A program made the translations under genes and the position numbers. A stretch of DNA of 64,000 nucleotides, from assembly GCA_963514005.1 (NCBI GenBank), contig OY740807.1, positions 19,778,001 through 19,842,000 on the forward strand. The letters are read 5' to 3'. Under the pieces are notes generated by a model. It saw only the letters and a list, made by a program, of their open reading frames with translations, did not search any database and was not told the DNA's origin. Source of the DNA: Raja brachyura (lineage: Eukaryota). Positions 39,042 to 51,600 of this stretch are shown piece by piece. Every line of letters begins with the position of its first letter. The first letter of the stretch is position 1.

Positions 39042-39176
39042 TTCTTCTTTCGTGTGGCGTGCACAGCCTAAAGTTGTTGGACAACTTGTTCTATTTGATC
39101 TTCCGTTTGTGCACGTCGAGTTGATTGCATTAGTCGAAACAGGGTGGACCACGTGAAGGTTGCAATCTTCCACCCC
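39042..39176 (-). mobile_element. 135-bp ribozyme-headed short retroposon with GAA-repeat tail
   Basis: Flanked by a perfect 12-bp TSD TGACTAAGTGAC (39030-39041 and 39177-39188). The 5' end is the ribozyme G1 and the 3' end is GAAAGAAGAA. Confidence 0.85.
39123..39176 (-). ncRNA. HDV/CPEB3-like self-cleaving ribozyme motif (54 nt)
   Basis: Minus strand: GGGGUGG aa GAUUGCA ACC UUCACGU GGU CCACCCU GUUUCGA CUAA UGCAAUC. P1 has 7 bp with a G-U first pair, P2 7 bp, P3 3 bp, L3 is UUCACGU and J4/2 is CUAA. All helices pair fully. Confidence 0.85.
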
Positions 39177-40066
39177 TGACTAAGTGACAAACACACAGTA
39201 TAAAACATCATGCAATTCTTTGTTCATTGAAGTGATGGCACGGGGAAAGTCATGTGCCTGTGTTGCTTACTTGACTGGTGCATCCCCGTCACTTCCGCCG
39301 GCAGATGATCAGTAAAGCTTGAGTAGGTCTAACTAACCTTTTTGTGAGTTGTCTGTTTTTTAAGAAGTGAACCTTATCACTGGGGAAATCCTGTCTCATT
39401 AAAGTGAGTTTTTTAGGTGGTAACAATGGAGATTGATGAAGGCAAGATGATAGTTGTTGCGTAAATGGACTTCATCAAGACATCTGACAAGGTCCTACAA
39501 AGTCATTTGGATCCGGAGGTTAAGATACATGGATCAGAGGTGAACTGGCATTTTGGATTCAAAATTGGCTTGATTGAGGCAATTGATCCAATCGAGGCAA
39601 AGAGTGGTGGTGAAAGGATGCTTTTCTGGTTCGATATCTGTGGCCACTGATGTACAGCAATCTTTGCTCCATGATATATATACGAATGAATTAGGCATGA
39701 ATGTAGCAGGTGTGATTAACAAGTTTGAAGATGAGACAAATCGATTATGTTCTGAATAATGGGAAAGATTACCTAAGACGGCAGTGTGATAATGATCAGA
39801 TGGAAATTGGGCAGAGCATTAGCAAATAGAATTTAATTCAAATGAGAGTGCATTTTTAGAAGTCTAATAGGGGCAGAACATATACATTAAATGGTAGCAC
39901 ACTAAATAATGTTAATGAACAGAAAGACCCTGGTATGGAAATTCATGGTTCTCAAACAATAGCAACACAGATCGAAGGGGTGATGAAGAATGCAAATAGC
40001 ACGCCTGCTTTCATTGTTCAAGGTACAGAATATTAGATTTTGTGCATCACACTAAAGGAAGGATGT

Positions 40067-40183
40067 ATGTAGGAAGGAACTGGTATGAATAAGGGTCTCG
40101 ACCCAAAACGTCACCTATTCCTTTTCTCCAGAGTTGCTGTCTGACCTGCTAAGTTACTCCAGCTTTTTGTTTCTAACTTCATG
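40067..40183 (+). mobile_element. Penelope-derived mini-element
   Basis: Degenerate hammerhead core, with TSD CTAAAGGAAGGATGT (40052-40066, 40184-40198) inside a CR1. Confidence 0.7.
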
Positions 40184-40928
40184 CTAAAGGAAGGATGTGG
40201 ATGTGTCTGAAAGCATGCAGCGGAGACTCATTGGGATATTATCTGGATTGAAGGGCTTCTATTATAGGGAGAGAGGCTGGGCAGGATTTCCCTGTTGCAA
40301 AGCAGGCTCAGAGGTGACTTGATAGAAGTATATGCGATTATCAGAGACCGAGAAATGGTAGATAGAGTCGTAAAGCTGTGGAGCACTAAATAAGTATCCA
40401 GGCCGACTGAGGTGCCTCACAGAATTGGTTCCATTCCGTGCCTGGCCCAGATCCCTCAAAGCCTTTCCCATACATGTCCCTGTCCAAGTGCCTTTTAAAT
40501 TTTGTAATTGTACTTCCCTCTACCACTACCTCTGCAGCTTGATCCATATGCACAGCACCCTCTGTAGAAAAGGTTGCCCTTGATTTATTTAATCTTTCAC
40601 CTCTTGCTATAAATCTGTGCCCTCTAAATTTCACTCCCCTACCTTTGTTACTGTAAACGGATACAGAATACTGTAAAAGGAAGCAAAATAATTTCTTGCA
40701 AACTGCATGTCAAACACAATTATCCATGTAAAATGTCACAATGTTATCTAATTTACTGCGAACAATTACGTGAGGTCAATTGTTACATTTGTGATGGAAA
40801 TAAAATGTGTTTTTAAAATAAATACTTTTTATAGGAAAACAAAAATAATCACAAAAAGGAACTCTGCATTAATTCAATTACTGTGTTAAATGAGGCCGAC
40901 TGCCATTAATGTTTCCTCTTTTTTTCAG

Positions 40929-41339
40929 CATGTCTGTGTTGATTGTAAGAAGAGCTTTTGCACATCTTGTTCAATCCAATCTGAAAATAGCCCTAAAATA
41001 TGCCACACTTGCCAGAGATTTCGCACCACCGACTTCCACCGGGGAGAACTGATGAAACTGAAAGTGAAAGAATTGCGTGACTACCTACATCTACATGAAA
41101 TTTCAATGGAAATGTGCCGAGAGAAATCTGATCTGGTAGATTTGGTAATGGGACAGCAACCTCAGTCCATACCATCTAGTCAGATGCACATTCCTCTTTA
41201 TAGAATGAATATATCTGAACAGCAGACCTTTACGTCAAATGCACCCACAGGGACAACAGCATCTACCTCTCATGATGCTCCCCCACCGTATGGAGCGACC
41301 AACCCAAATAGCTCAAGAATTTCTCAGGAACCAAACCTG
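40929..41339 (+). CDS. RFFL: RFFL coding exon 2 (FYVE-type zinc finger, SAP-like region)
   Basis: Acceptor ttttttcag|CAT, then HVCVDCKKSFCTSC...CHTCQRFR...MCREKSDLVDLVMGQQ...QEPNL, donor CTG|GTATGT. 411 nt, phase 0. Confidence 0.97.
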
Positions 41340-42333
41340 GTATGTTTTTCCATGAATCTCTGAAAAGTGCCTATGAAACATCAAGTTGATGTTATTAAAA
41401 TGTATTTGGATGTCTTCAATTTTGAGCTTTGGTTTTATATTGATCCAAGAGATAGGAATTTCTGAATAATTTTGGGAAGTTAAAATTTTTTGATGAAAAA
41501 AAGCTGGATTCTTAAAGGTGAGGCTGAGAAGATGTTTCTCTTAGTGGGAGAATCTCTAACTGGGGCAAGTTTCAGAAACTCCTGGAGAGCTGTTTAGGCT
41601 GAATATCATTCATTACATTCAGGGCTATGATCAATAGGCTTTTTTTTGTGGGCAAGTCCAAGAGTATGGGGAACAGGCAGGAATGTGGAGTTGATGCTAA
41701 TGATCAGATTAGCCACGATCTTACTGAATGATGGAGCTGTTTGAAGGAAGCGCATGGCTTAATCCTGCTCCTATTTAAATTCCGATGCTGTTGGTCACAT
41801 GTCCACAGTAAAAAGATTCCTCATTAATTCCTCTGTAATAAACCTATTAGTGATGTTTGGTTGTTTTTGATGCATTCATAAGCGCAGCAATATTGAGATG
41901 CTAACGATCATCACGTTACTTGCCTATTAAATGCAACACTTTGCTGAGCAACGAAAATGCACGCTCAAACCAAAGTCAGTTTTAATTGCAAAGAGGAAAT
42001 ACATTTTCATAATTTGAGTTTTGTCTCTGATGGAGAAAGTCAGAACTTAATGTTTATATGATGTTTACAATAGAGATCTTATGAAGGAGTTGACACAACG
42101 GGACATGGTTAATTTAGTTTTTAATTATTAATGGCTTGTGCCACTAGCTGCAGAGAAATTCAAATTCACTAGTTAGTAGTGAACTCAAATTATAAATTAT
42201 GCAGTCTTTTGGTATTCTTCTTAAAATGATACATCCTTTCAGCTTTATTCAAAAAATGTATTATTTGCTGGGTTTTGGAATATGAATGTGAAGTATTAAA
42301 TTACTGAGACAATTTTCTGGTCTGCATTTGCAG

Positions 42334-42399
42334 GCAAACACAGAAGTGAGTGGAGGAAATCAGAATGAGACTTCAGTACAAAATGATGATGAGACTGAG
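42334..42399 (+). CDS. RFFL: RFFL coding exon 3 (66 nt linker)
   Basis: Acceptor atttgcag|GCA, then ANTEVSGGNQNETSVQNDDETE, donor GAG|GTGAGT. Corresponds to human ANGHVS...AEDETQ. Phase 0. Confidence 0.88.
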
Positions 42400-42966
42400 G
42401 TGAGTTGAATATTTACCCCTAGTTCCATAGTGTAGTTTTCTTTCATTTCGAGCATTCTACAAACGACGCCTTGTTTTCCACTGTGATCAGTAATATTAAC
42501 TGTTCACTGAATAAATGTTCAGACAAAATTAGTCTCTTTTAATTTAGGTTTAGTTAATTTAACTCCATTCCATAGAGCATAATAAAGGAGTATTAAACGG
42601 CTTTCATAATACTTGTGCAAGTCCAGAAAGTATCAATTCCCATGAACTAATATAATGTTGTTAAAATTATAGGAGGCAGAGAGTAGTGGCGAAAAGCTAT
42701 TTTGTACCAAGTTCTATGAGTTCTCTTTTACCTTTCACATAATGTTTTATTTTCTAACAGAATATGTGTTTTTTTTAATCTGTCCAATTGCACTTTGGGA
42801 TATAAATCTGTGGTGAATAACATTAATTGAAACTAATTTTCAGCTGCTAGATTGGCACACTGAAATTTGACTGTTTAACTGAACGGATTTTATTTTGTAA
42901 TGCAATTTTTCAATATTAAAGAGCATATTGCTGCCATGGATGAAATTATCTCTAAAGGTGATGATA

Positions 42967-43030
42967 CAGTAAACCCTCATTTATTGGACCCCTATATAAT
43001 GGATTTTGGTTATAACGGATGGACCCGTCA
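42967..43030. mobile_element. Possible Tigger/pogo-type TIR remnant
   Basis: TA|CAGTAAACCCTCATTTATTGGAC...TATAACGGA. No partner TIR found. Confidence 0.35.
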
Positions 43031-43822
43031 GCCCATCTTCACTAACCACACAGTCTGGTGAGACGGCTGTTGCGGTTCAGGTTGTAGCCCCTGGGGTCTA
43101 TCTTTCTCTTTATCTCGGCTCTATCAGCCGCCATCACCTACAGGATGCACCTTGTCAACGTGGGGTTTCCTCCACTCTTTCCAGCTGCCGCTTCTTCCTT
43201 TGCTTTGTCTGTTCCACTGCTTTTCCTCCTCCCGTCCCTCTGTCCACTTGACCTATCCAACCCCTCCACCGCCGCTGCCTCCTCCTTCTCCCCTGGAGGC
43301 GCCGACTTGGAAGTGGCAGCAGATGAGAAGTGAGAGAGCCCCACAGTGACCGAGTGTGTGTTGTCAGTGGCAGCATCGTGAACTAAGAACTGCCAGCAGG
43401 GGTTACAACTGATGAAGGGCTCGGTGGTGCAGAACAGGTGTATCGGCTCCTAGTTTTACGGTGAAACGACACAAAGTGCTAAAGTAATTCAGCAGACTGA
43501 ATCAGTCTGAAGAAGGGTCTCTACGTCATCTATCCATGTTCTCCAGCTAAGCTGCCTAACCCCCGCCGCTGAATTATTCCAACACTTTGCATTCTTTTGT
43601 CTATTAACCATCTGCAGTTTTTTTTGTTTCAACTACATGCAATGATAATACCTTACTCAGTTAGGATGGACAATTGGCAATAAGCAACAGAATTCCCCTG
43701 TTTATCCATGTGCTCTAGGCCAGTACCACAAAATTAATGGTCATAATTAAGTATGGAGTCAAAAAATCTTGTTTTTTTAAAAATCAGCTACCTGCAGAAA
43801 TTCATCTCCATCTTACATTTGC

Positions 43823-45840
43823 TTCAAGATTCAAGAGAGTTTATTGTCATGTGTCCCAGCTAGAACAATGAAATTCTTGCTTTACTTCAGCACAACAGAA
43901 CATAGAAGGCATGAATACAGAACAGATCAGTGTGCCCATATACCATTGTATAAATATATACACACATGAATAAATAAAACAAATAAAGTGCAAATAAACA
44001 GATAATGGGCTATTAATGTTAATAGCCTGAAGACTGTGGGGAAGCAGCTGTTTCTGAACCTGGACATTGCAGTCTTCAGGCTGCTGTACCTTCTACCCGA
44101 TGGTAGTGGTGAGATCTGTGTGGGTCCTTGATGATGCTGCCAGCCTTATTGAGGCAGTGACTGCGATAGATCCTCTCGACGGTAGGGAGGTCAGAGCGGA
44201 TGATGGACTTGGCAGTGTTAACTACTGTTTGTAGTCTTTTTCGCTCCTGGGCACTCAAGTTGCCGAACCAAGCCACGATGCAACTGGTCAGCATGCTCTC
44301 TACTGTGCACCTGTAGAAGTTAGAGAGAGTCCTCCTTGACATACTCACCGTAATCTTCTCAGGAAGTAGAGGCTCTGATGTGCTTTCTTAAAACTGATTC
44401 CTGGGATGTCAGGACTGTCTTATGAAGAAAGACTGGATAGACTTGGTTTATACTCTCATGAATTTAGGAGATTGAGAGGGGATCTTATAGAAACTTACAA
44501 AATACTTAAGGGGTTGGACAGGCTAGATGCAGGAAGACTGTTCCCGATGTTGGGGAAGTCCAGGACAAGGGGTTAAGAATAAGCGGGAAATCGTTTAAGA
44601 CTGAGATGAGAAAGACTTTTTTTCACACAGAGAGTGGTGAGTCTCTGGAACTCTCTGCCACAGTTGAGGCCAGTTCATTGGCTATATTTAAGAGGGAGTT
44701 AGATGTGGCCCTTGTGGCTAAAGGGATCAGAGGGTATGGAGAGAAGGCAGGTACGGGATACTGAGTTGGATGATCAGCCATGATCATATTGAATGGCGGT
44801 GCAGGCTCGAAGGGCTGAATGGCCTACTCCTGCACCTAATTTCGATGTTTCTATGTTTCTTTATAATTGCATCAGTGTTCTCGGAAGGAGAGATCTTCAG
44901 GGATGTGCACGCCCAGGAATTTGAAGCTCTTGACTCTTTCCACCATCGACCCGTTGATAAAAACGGGACTGTGGGTCCCCATCCTACCCCTTCCCAAAGT
45001 CCACAATCAGTTCCTTGGTTTTGCTGGTGTTGAGGGCCAGGTTATTGTGCTGGCACCATTTGGTCGATCTCACTTCTATACTCTGATTTGTCCCCATCAG
45101 TGATACGTCCCACAACAGTGGTGTCGTCAGCGAACTTGATGATGGAGTTTGCACTATGACTGGCTACGCAGTCATGAGTATAGAGTGAGAAAAGCAGGGG
45201 GCTGAGCACGCAGCCTTGAGGTGCTCCCGTGCTGATTGTTATCAAGTCTGACACATTTCCACCAATTCGAACAGTCTGTCGCCTGTGAATGAAGAAGTCG
45301 AGGATCCGATTGCAGAGGGATGCGCAGAGACCCAGTTCTGAGAGTTTAATAACTAGCTTGGAGGGTATGATTGTATTAAATGCCGAGCTGTAATCAATGA
45401 ATAACAGCCTGACATTTAAGTTTTTGTTGTCCAAGTGGTCCAGAGCGGAGTGAAGAGCCAGCGAGATCGCATCCACCATTGATCTGTTGTGGCAGTAAGC
45501 GAACTGCAGTGGGTCCAGGTTTTTGTCGAGGTACTGCCACAGGTCGATAGTCGTTGAGGCACGTCACCTTGCTCTTCTTGGACACGGGTATTATTGATGC
45601 CCTTTTATAGCAGGTGGGAACCTCGGACCTCAGAAGTGTGAGGTTAGAAATGTCCATAAAAACTCCAGCCAGTTGGTCCGCACAGGTTTATACTACGACC
45701 GGGTATACCATCAGGTCCAGGCGCTTTTCGAGGGTTCATGCCTATGAAGGATTTTCTGACGCCGACCTCTGACTGTGACTGAAATACCATCACAGCGAAT
45801 GGGGGCTCGAGAAGGCACATCAGTGTTCTCCCTATCAAAG
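43823..45840 (-). mobile_element. Rex1/Babar-clade LINE, 5'-truncated, interrupted by a CR1
   Basis: [58 protein letters not shown] peptides and a (TTCAAGA) tail at 43823. Confidence 0.9.
44390..44860 (+). mobile_element. CR1 3' fragment nested in the Rex/Babar LINE
   Basis: Homologous to 20960-21340, with a (TTTCTATG) tail merging into host TTTCTTTATAATTGC. Confidence 0.88.
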
Positions 45841-45871
45841 TGATGGATTCATAAAGGAGAGAATACCAGAA

Positions 45872-46110
45872 CAGTTAGTTTAGAGATGCACAGCATAACG
45901 CAGGCCCTTCGGCATATTGAGTTCATGCCAACCATAGATCACCATTCACACTATACTGCCAGGGACAATTTACACAGCTCAATTAACCTGCAAACCCGCA
46001 GGTCTTTGGGATGTGGGTGAAATCCTGAGCACCCGGAGTAAACCCATGCGGTCACAGGGAGATTGCAGACTCCACACAGACGTCACCTGAGGCAACAGCT
46101 CTACCAATTG
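45872..46110 (-). mobile_element. V-SINE (HE1-like)
   Basis: Colinear with 1685-1979. Confidence 0.75.
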
Positions 46111-46527
46111 TACCATTTGCTCCCCAGTTGTTTACAATCCACTGTACAAAATTGTGCAAAAGGTATCCTTTGGATTAAAAAAATGCGGTGTTTCATGAGA
46201 ATGTGGTTGTTTAAATGAACGTTTGAGACCAAAATCATTAGATTAATGGAAATCATGGTTACAATCGATTCTGTTCTCCTCTGTAATGAAGGACGAATAG
46301 CTTGGGGAAAAATACATTTATTACTAATGTCATTACCCAAAATGAGAGATGTGTAAAATGTGTTTGGGGAATGTGCTGTAAAAATTGTAGTGTGTCATTG
46401 CACAAAATTCTACGCACACACTACATTTTTATAACTAGTGTGTGGAATCATTGATTAAATGTTTCTAGAGGTATTGATTCTACAAGTCCATCTATCTTTA
46501 ATCTCTCTTGGTTTGGCTTTGTTCTAG

Positions 46528-46741
46528 TCTGTCAATTCAGAGGAGATAATTGTCCCAGGCCGGCATAGAGCATCTTTATCAGACTTGACTTGTGTGGAAG
46601 ATATTGAAGGTCTATCAGTACGCCAGCTAAAAGAAATACTAGCTCGGAACTTTGTAAATTACAAAGGGTGCTGTGAAAAATGGGAGTTAATGGAGCGAGT
46701 AACAAGATTATACAATGAACAAAGAGATCTTCAGAATCATG
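46528..46741 (+). CDS. RFFL: RFFL coding exon 4
   Basis: Acceptor tttgttctag|TCT, then [62 protein letters not shown]...NH+G, donor G|GTAGGA. Confidence 0.97.
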
Positions 46742-46829
46742 GTAGGAAAGGTTTATACAGAGGTCGATAATTAAAATTGGCATTTAATACCAATGTTTGA
46801 TATAACTTTGTTCTAATTTATTTTTGCAG

Positions 46830-46853
46830 CTGCTGAACTTAAAACTCAAGATG
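46830..46853 (+). CDS. RFFL: RFFL 24-nt micro-exon
   Basis: Acceptor tttttgcag|CT GCT GAA CTT AAA ACT CAA GAT G|GTAAGA. Phase 1-1, follows an 88-nt intron, and corresponds in position to human VSGAEDQN. Confidence 0.85.
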
Positions 46854-47663
46854 GTAAGATTCTTTATATTATCACTCTGCAGCTTTTTAAAATATATACA
46901 TTATATTGCATATTTAGAACACAGAAAATTGTCAGAGTACCCTTCATCCCCTTTAATATAACCCAAAGCGTCCAAATAGATCTCAGAATTGTGGAGGAGG
47001 TAAAAGTAGCATTTTGAAAACTTTCTTCTAGTTGATGCTCAAATTTTACCGAGGAGCACAACCTTCAGCCAGATGAGGACTTTGGTGCTGATTATTTTCA
47101 GTATTCTTACCCAAGTTTATTTTAAAACATTTCTCAATTTAACTAAAATAACCTCCCAATCTGCCTAGCGTGTCCATAGGCCGACTTTTGTAAATAGTAC
47201 TGCTGTCCCCGCAGTTTTGCATCTCTAAGCACTTTGGCATTTGAGTGATGGCACATATGGAATACCAATTGATGTTAAATTACTGAACTATTGCACCGCG
47301 GCCAACAGTTCTGAAGCAAAATTCAAATTGTAAACATGTGCTGCAGAGTTAGTGGGCCTCAGAAAGCAGCAGATGTAACACGTCACTTATTCCACCATCT
47401 CTGAATAATATTCCCTTCTTGACCTTTCTCCCTCTGTATTCAGACATGCGATTCCACTTAAGGATCAGGAGACTGTAGGGATGAATTGGATTTTTATCCC
47501 ATTAAGTTGGCCAATTTCAAACCCAAAACTTAGGGGTCTGAACTCATGGGGTCCAAAATTTGACTTTACCCTTAGCTTGAGTTACGTTTACATTTGTGGA
47601 GTGTGATCAGTTCCCTTTTTTTTGCTTGTTCTGCGTTTGCTAATATTGCGAACTATATAGTAA

Positions 47664-47879
47664 AGGGCCTGTCCCACTTTCACGACCTAATTCACGACCT
47701 TTTTTATTTGTGGACATTTTTCATCATACTCCAAAAAACGCCCCGACCTACTTGATGCCACGAATACCCACGACTAGCATCACGACCTCCCACAACCTAC
47801 CTACGACCTTGTGACGACCTTGCTGCGAGTATAAGTCAAGGACAAACTCGGCAGAGGTCGTGAAAGTGGGACAGGCCCT
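47664..47879. mobile_element. PIF/Harbinger-type MITE in the last RFFL intron
   Basis: Perfect TIRs of about 24 bp (AGGGCCTGTCCCACTTTCACGACC / GGTCGTGAAAGTGGGACAGGCCCT), flanks TAA / TCA, internal CACGACC repeats. Confidence 0.8.
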
Positions 47880-48475
47880 TCAAATGATAAGAATTTAATT
47901 CCCTCACACTAATATTCCGAATTTAACCACAAAACTGTAATGTTTTATTCTGGACAATAACCAGTTTATTGTTGAACGTTAGAAATTTTGGAACGGGAAT
48001 AGGTCACTTGGCCCTCAAGCCTGACATGCTATTCAGTGATCTGCCGCAGACCTCTACTCATCCATGCCAATTGCACAAATCCTCTAATCTTTCAAAAAAT
48101 GACTACCTCTTCCTTGAGTACTTGCATTGATTCAGCCATCACAATTCACTGGGTCAGAAAATTGCAGAGATTCACCAGCTCTGCAAGAATAAATTCTCAT
48201 GTAACTCCGTTTTAAATGCCCTGCTATCTCACAAGGAATCTGCTCCTATCTCCCAGTTACCCTTGTTTAAGATCCCTTCCACTCATGGAAACATTTCAAC
48301 ATTACCTGTTATGCCCTTTAGCAATTACTATATTTCAATGTTTCCCCCTCATCCTTTGCACTCTGATCAATATCAATATGTTTTTATTTGTCCCCACAAG
48401 CTATGTTTGTTTTAATCTTACTTCCCAGTATTCTCTCTGGTGCATAATTATTGATTGCTCTTTTATTTTGTGTAG

Positions 48476-48654
48476 GTGGGACAGGAACTTCGGTCGATGA
48501 GAATCTCTGTAAAATATGCATGGACTCTCCAATTGACTGTGTGCTACTTGAGTGTGGCCATATGGTCACGTGTACTAAGTGTGGAAAGCGCATGAGTGAA
48601 TGCCCAATTTGTAGACAGTTTGTCATAAGGGCCGTGCATGTCTTCAGATCTTAA
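48476..48654 (+). CDS. RFFL: RFFL last coding exon, C-terminal RING-HC finger
   Basis: Acceptor ttttgtgtag|GT, then [59 protein letters not shown]. Total CDS 1065 nt = 354 aa. Confidence 0.97.
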
Positions 48655-51600
48655 GTAACTACAGCTACTATGAAACCATATCAAATTGAATGGAAAAGTG
48701 CATTTTCACAACCCAGATCCCATCCTACTGATCAACATCTTTCAGTTCACTTTTCCTACCAGTAAGACAGTTAATACATTTCCACTTCACTCACTGAAAA
48801 CAACATTTAGTTGATCAGAAAGTTTTACATATCATTTTGCCTTGACTTTGCTAAAAGGGTAACTTACTAAGCCTCAACATCTTGCATTATTAAACAAAAA
48901 AAAGTAGGGTATAAATGAATGAAGGAAATGGGATTGGAAGGAAAAGTATAAGCCCAAAGTAAAGCAAGGTTATTAAAAGTCATGAGGCTTGTGCTGCCCC
49001 ATGGAATGACATTCTGTTTGAGCTCTCTCAGGATGTCACTAATCCTGAAAATGACAGTTCCCTGGCTAATCATTGTTTTATGTGCCTTTTGATGAAAGAA
49101 TTGTGAGTTGACGGATCATGAGTGCAGGTTGCTGAAGGCAGGACAAAAAACAGGGATTCTTAAAATTAAACCAGGTTCTTTTTGAGGGAATTAGTATTTT
49201 TGAAGGATGTTGTGCATGTGGACTAAGCACTCAAAGTTTAACATAAGACTGAAGACACTTTATAAATTGTGGGTTTAGGTTTTGCCAATGGTTAGTAAGA
49301 GTGGGTGGTGGTAGAAGGGGGCAGTGCAGCTCCAAATAATGGAAGCCTATGCTCGAGAAAATAATAAAGCAAAGCCGTAATTGCTTTAAAATGAATAAGA
49401 ACTGATAGATGATTGAAAGTTCACATCATCATGTTATTTTATAATGAAAGTGTATGGATAGATTTGTTGCTTTAAGCTGAATAAGCTTTGCCTTGCCTAC
49501 CTGATTTCATAGACTAAATCCAAGGCCACTTGCGTAACAAGCAAATATTCTTATTACAACCTACACACACCTAAATGCAAGGCAAAATCAGTCTTTGCTT
49601 ACATTACACATACATTTATAAGTCATACTGGGTTGATAAGATGCACCATCTTAATTGTATTATACCTCAAACTATAAAACAAAACCACGCAAAAATGCAT
49701 GGTTCCATTATCATTTATACAGTTCTGTGCAATCAGAATCTTTCTATTTTGTAGCACCTAGTATGCCTAAAGATCAGTAGAAATGCATAAATTAAAAAGT
49801 AAACACAATTAGTCATTTTAAATCCACTCTGTTGATCTTTAAATTTGCATTTATCTCCTGTGCAATATTGCAGGTTAACGTTTACAAGCTAACTTTACTA
49901 AGAAGCCTAAAGGTCAAAAAACAGAAATTGTGCTTTGTTAAATCAGTTGTGATTGACCAATGCCAGCACTCATATCTCATATTCATATTCAGAACTCATA
50001 TTCATATTTTGCATTCATACTCATTCTAGCTTGTTGTTCAGATGCTGTTTTCCTTCAGTTATACCACAATCATCATCTGAATTTAAATTAAGCCACCTTC
50101 CTTTTAAAATCTTCAATAACACAAAGAACACGTCTACAATCATATGTGATGTTTGTGCTTTGTATTGAAGAACGGTGTGCCTTGAAGTAGTCTTATCCAT
50201 ACACTTTTTTTTCGCTGGTCAGGGTTTTAATATGCAAATAATGTAAGGTATTAATAGTTGGAATATAATCAATCTGTTTAAATATTTAGACCATTAATTG
50301 CACTACCTGGTGCTCTCCAGTGATGTAGCATTGCAATTTTTGTTTATCTAAATAGATATGTCTACTGTTTCCTTTCTCAGGAAAAAGCTGTGTTTTTGAC
50401 CGATTTCCTTTAAATTTATCCCATCTTTTAAACCTTTTCTCTAATTCAACCCTTTTTTTGACTGCAGAAGTTGACTATTCGTGTTTTGAGATGGTATTAC
50501 TTGCATCTTGAACACAATAACTGGAGGAGGGCATGACTGTTAGTTCTGGTTATCAAGTTTACATTTATACAAACCTTTTGAAGGGTCATAGGGCTTACAT
50601 GTATCAACATTTGACTATACCACCTGCACCTTCCACCTGTACCAAAAACGGATGTATATTAGTCTCATTAAGAATATTCTACATGAGGCTTTCCACTTGG
50701 GTAACAAAATATCTCCCATTATTCGAAAATGGTGAAAACTGATATTCTGCCATGTCCTATTTATATTATATACTCTATGATAAACGGGAAGAAGTGCAAC
50801 ATAATTTCCTCTGCTATAAGTGCTATTTTGAACTAGCCTATAATTCTGTGATTAATCTGATTAATTATATTATCTATCTTCAGACTTTCCACTTTACATT
50901 TTATTTCATCCCTAACCTCTTTGTCTAGCAATCCCCCACACTCTGTTCCTCTGCCTGTCCCACCTATCAAGTGAATACTGTAATACATGGATTTTTGATG
51001 GACCTTGTACATTGGGGTGGAGAGTTTGCTGCTCTGAGCATCATTCTCTAAATATAGTCTCTCAAACACAAAATAATCAAATTCCTTTTATGGTGTTGAA
51101 ATCTCCATGATGCTGCTGAGAGAATGGACCAAAGTGAATGCAGTATAATATCTGGAGTGAAGGCTTCAAAATATAATTTGAATATCAAATAAGCATGGGG
51201 TATAGACAGACTACTGAAGATGTACCTTCAGTTTAGCCTTCTCCACAAATATGGCTTTTGAATCATACCAATCTCCAAATGAAAATTAAAGATAAAAATT
51301 ATATCCTTTTTGTTGATCAGGTCATTTTCCCCTTCCTTTTCTACGACTAATGTTCTTCAGTCTAGTTAACTCTGATTTGTGTTTTTCAAATTGGCACATC
51401 TTTGAAAAAATATTATGTGTCAAGATTTTTTTCCCAGCTCCTGCCTTTTTGTAAATAAATTGTGTCTTTGAAGTGACAAGGATTCTGCTGCTTTGCTTTC
51501 AAAAGCAGACCCTTAGGGAAAGTGGACAGGACATTTTTGAAGGAGAGAAGAAATTTTCATTTCTCCCTTTTCATTCTCAACATTTCCTAAACTTCTGAAT

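Larger units (their letters stand above)
38629..39379 (+). mobile_element. Solo LTR (ERV1- or Gypsy-type) inserted in an old CR1
   Basis: Termini TGAAAAGGTT...AACCTTATCA, 4-bp TSD CTGG (38625-38628 and 39380-39383), TATAAAA 39199, AGTAAA 39311, internal AG-rich direct repeats. The host CR1 rejoins across it. Confidence 0.75.
38150..40370 (+). mobile_element. Old CR1 LINE hosting the solo LTR and a Penelope mini-insert
   Basis: Degenerate KSPGPD, QHSF, MDFIKTSDKV and KFEDET motifs in broken frames. Confidence 0.65.

Noticed and set aside
34015-48654. RNF34 (paralogue) as the gene identity
   Set aside because: The start [24 protein letters not shown] and final HVFRS match RFFL. RNF34 has [20 protein letters not shown] and HVFKS.
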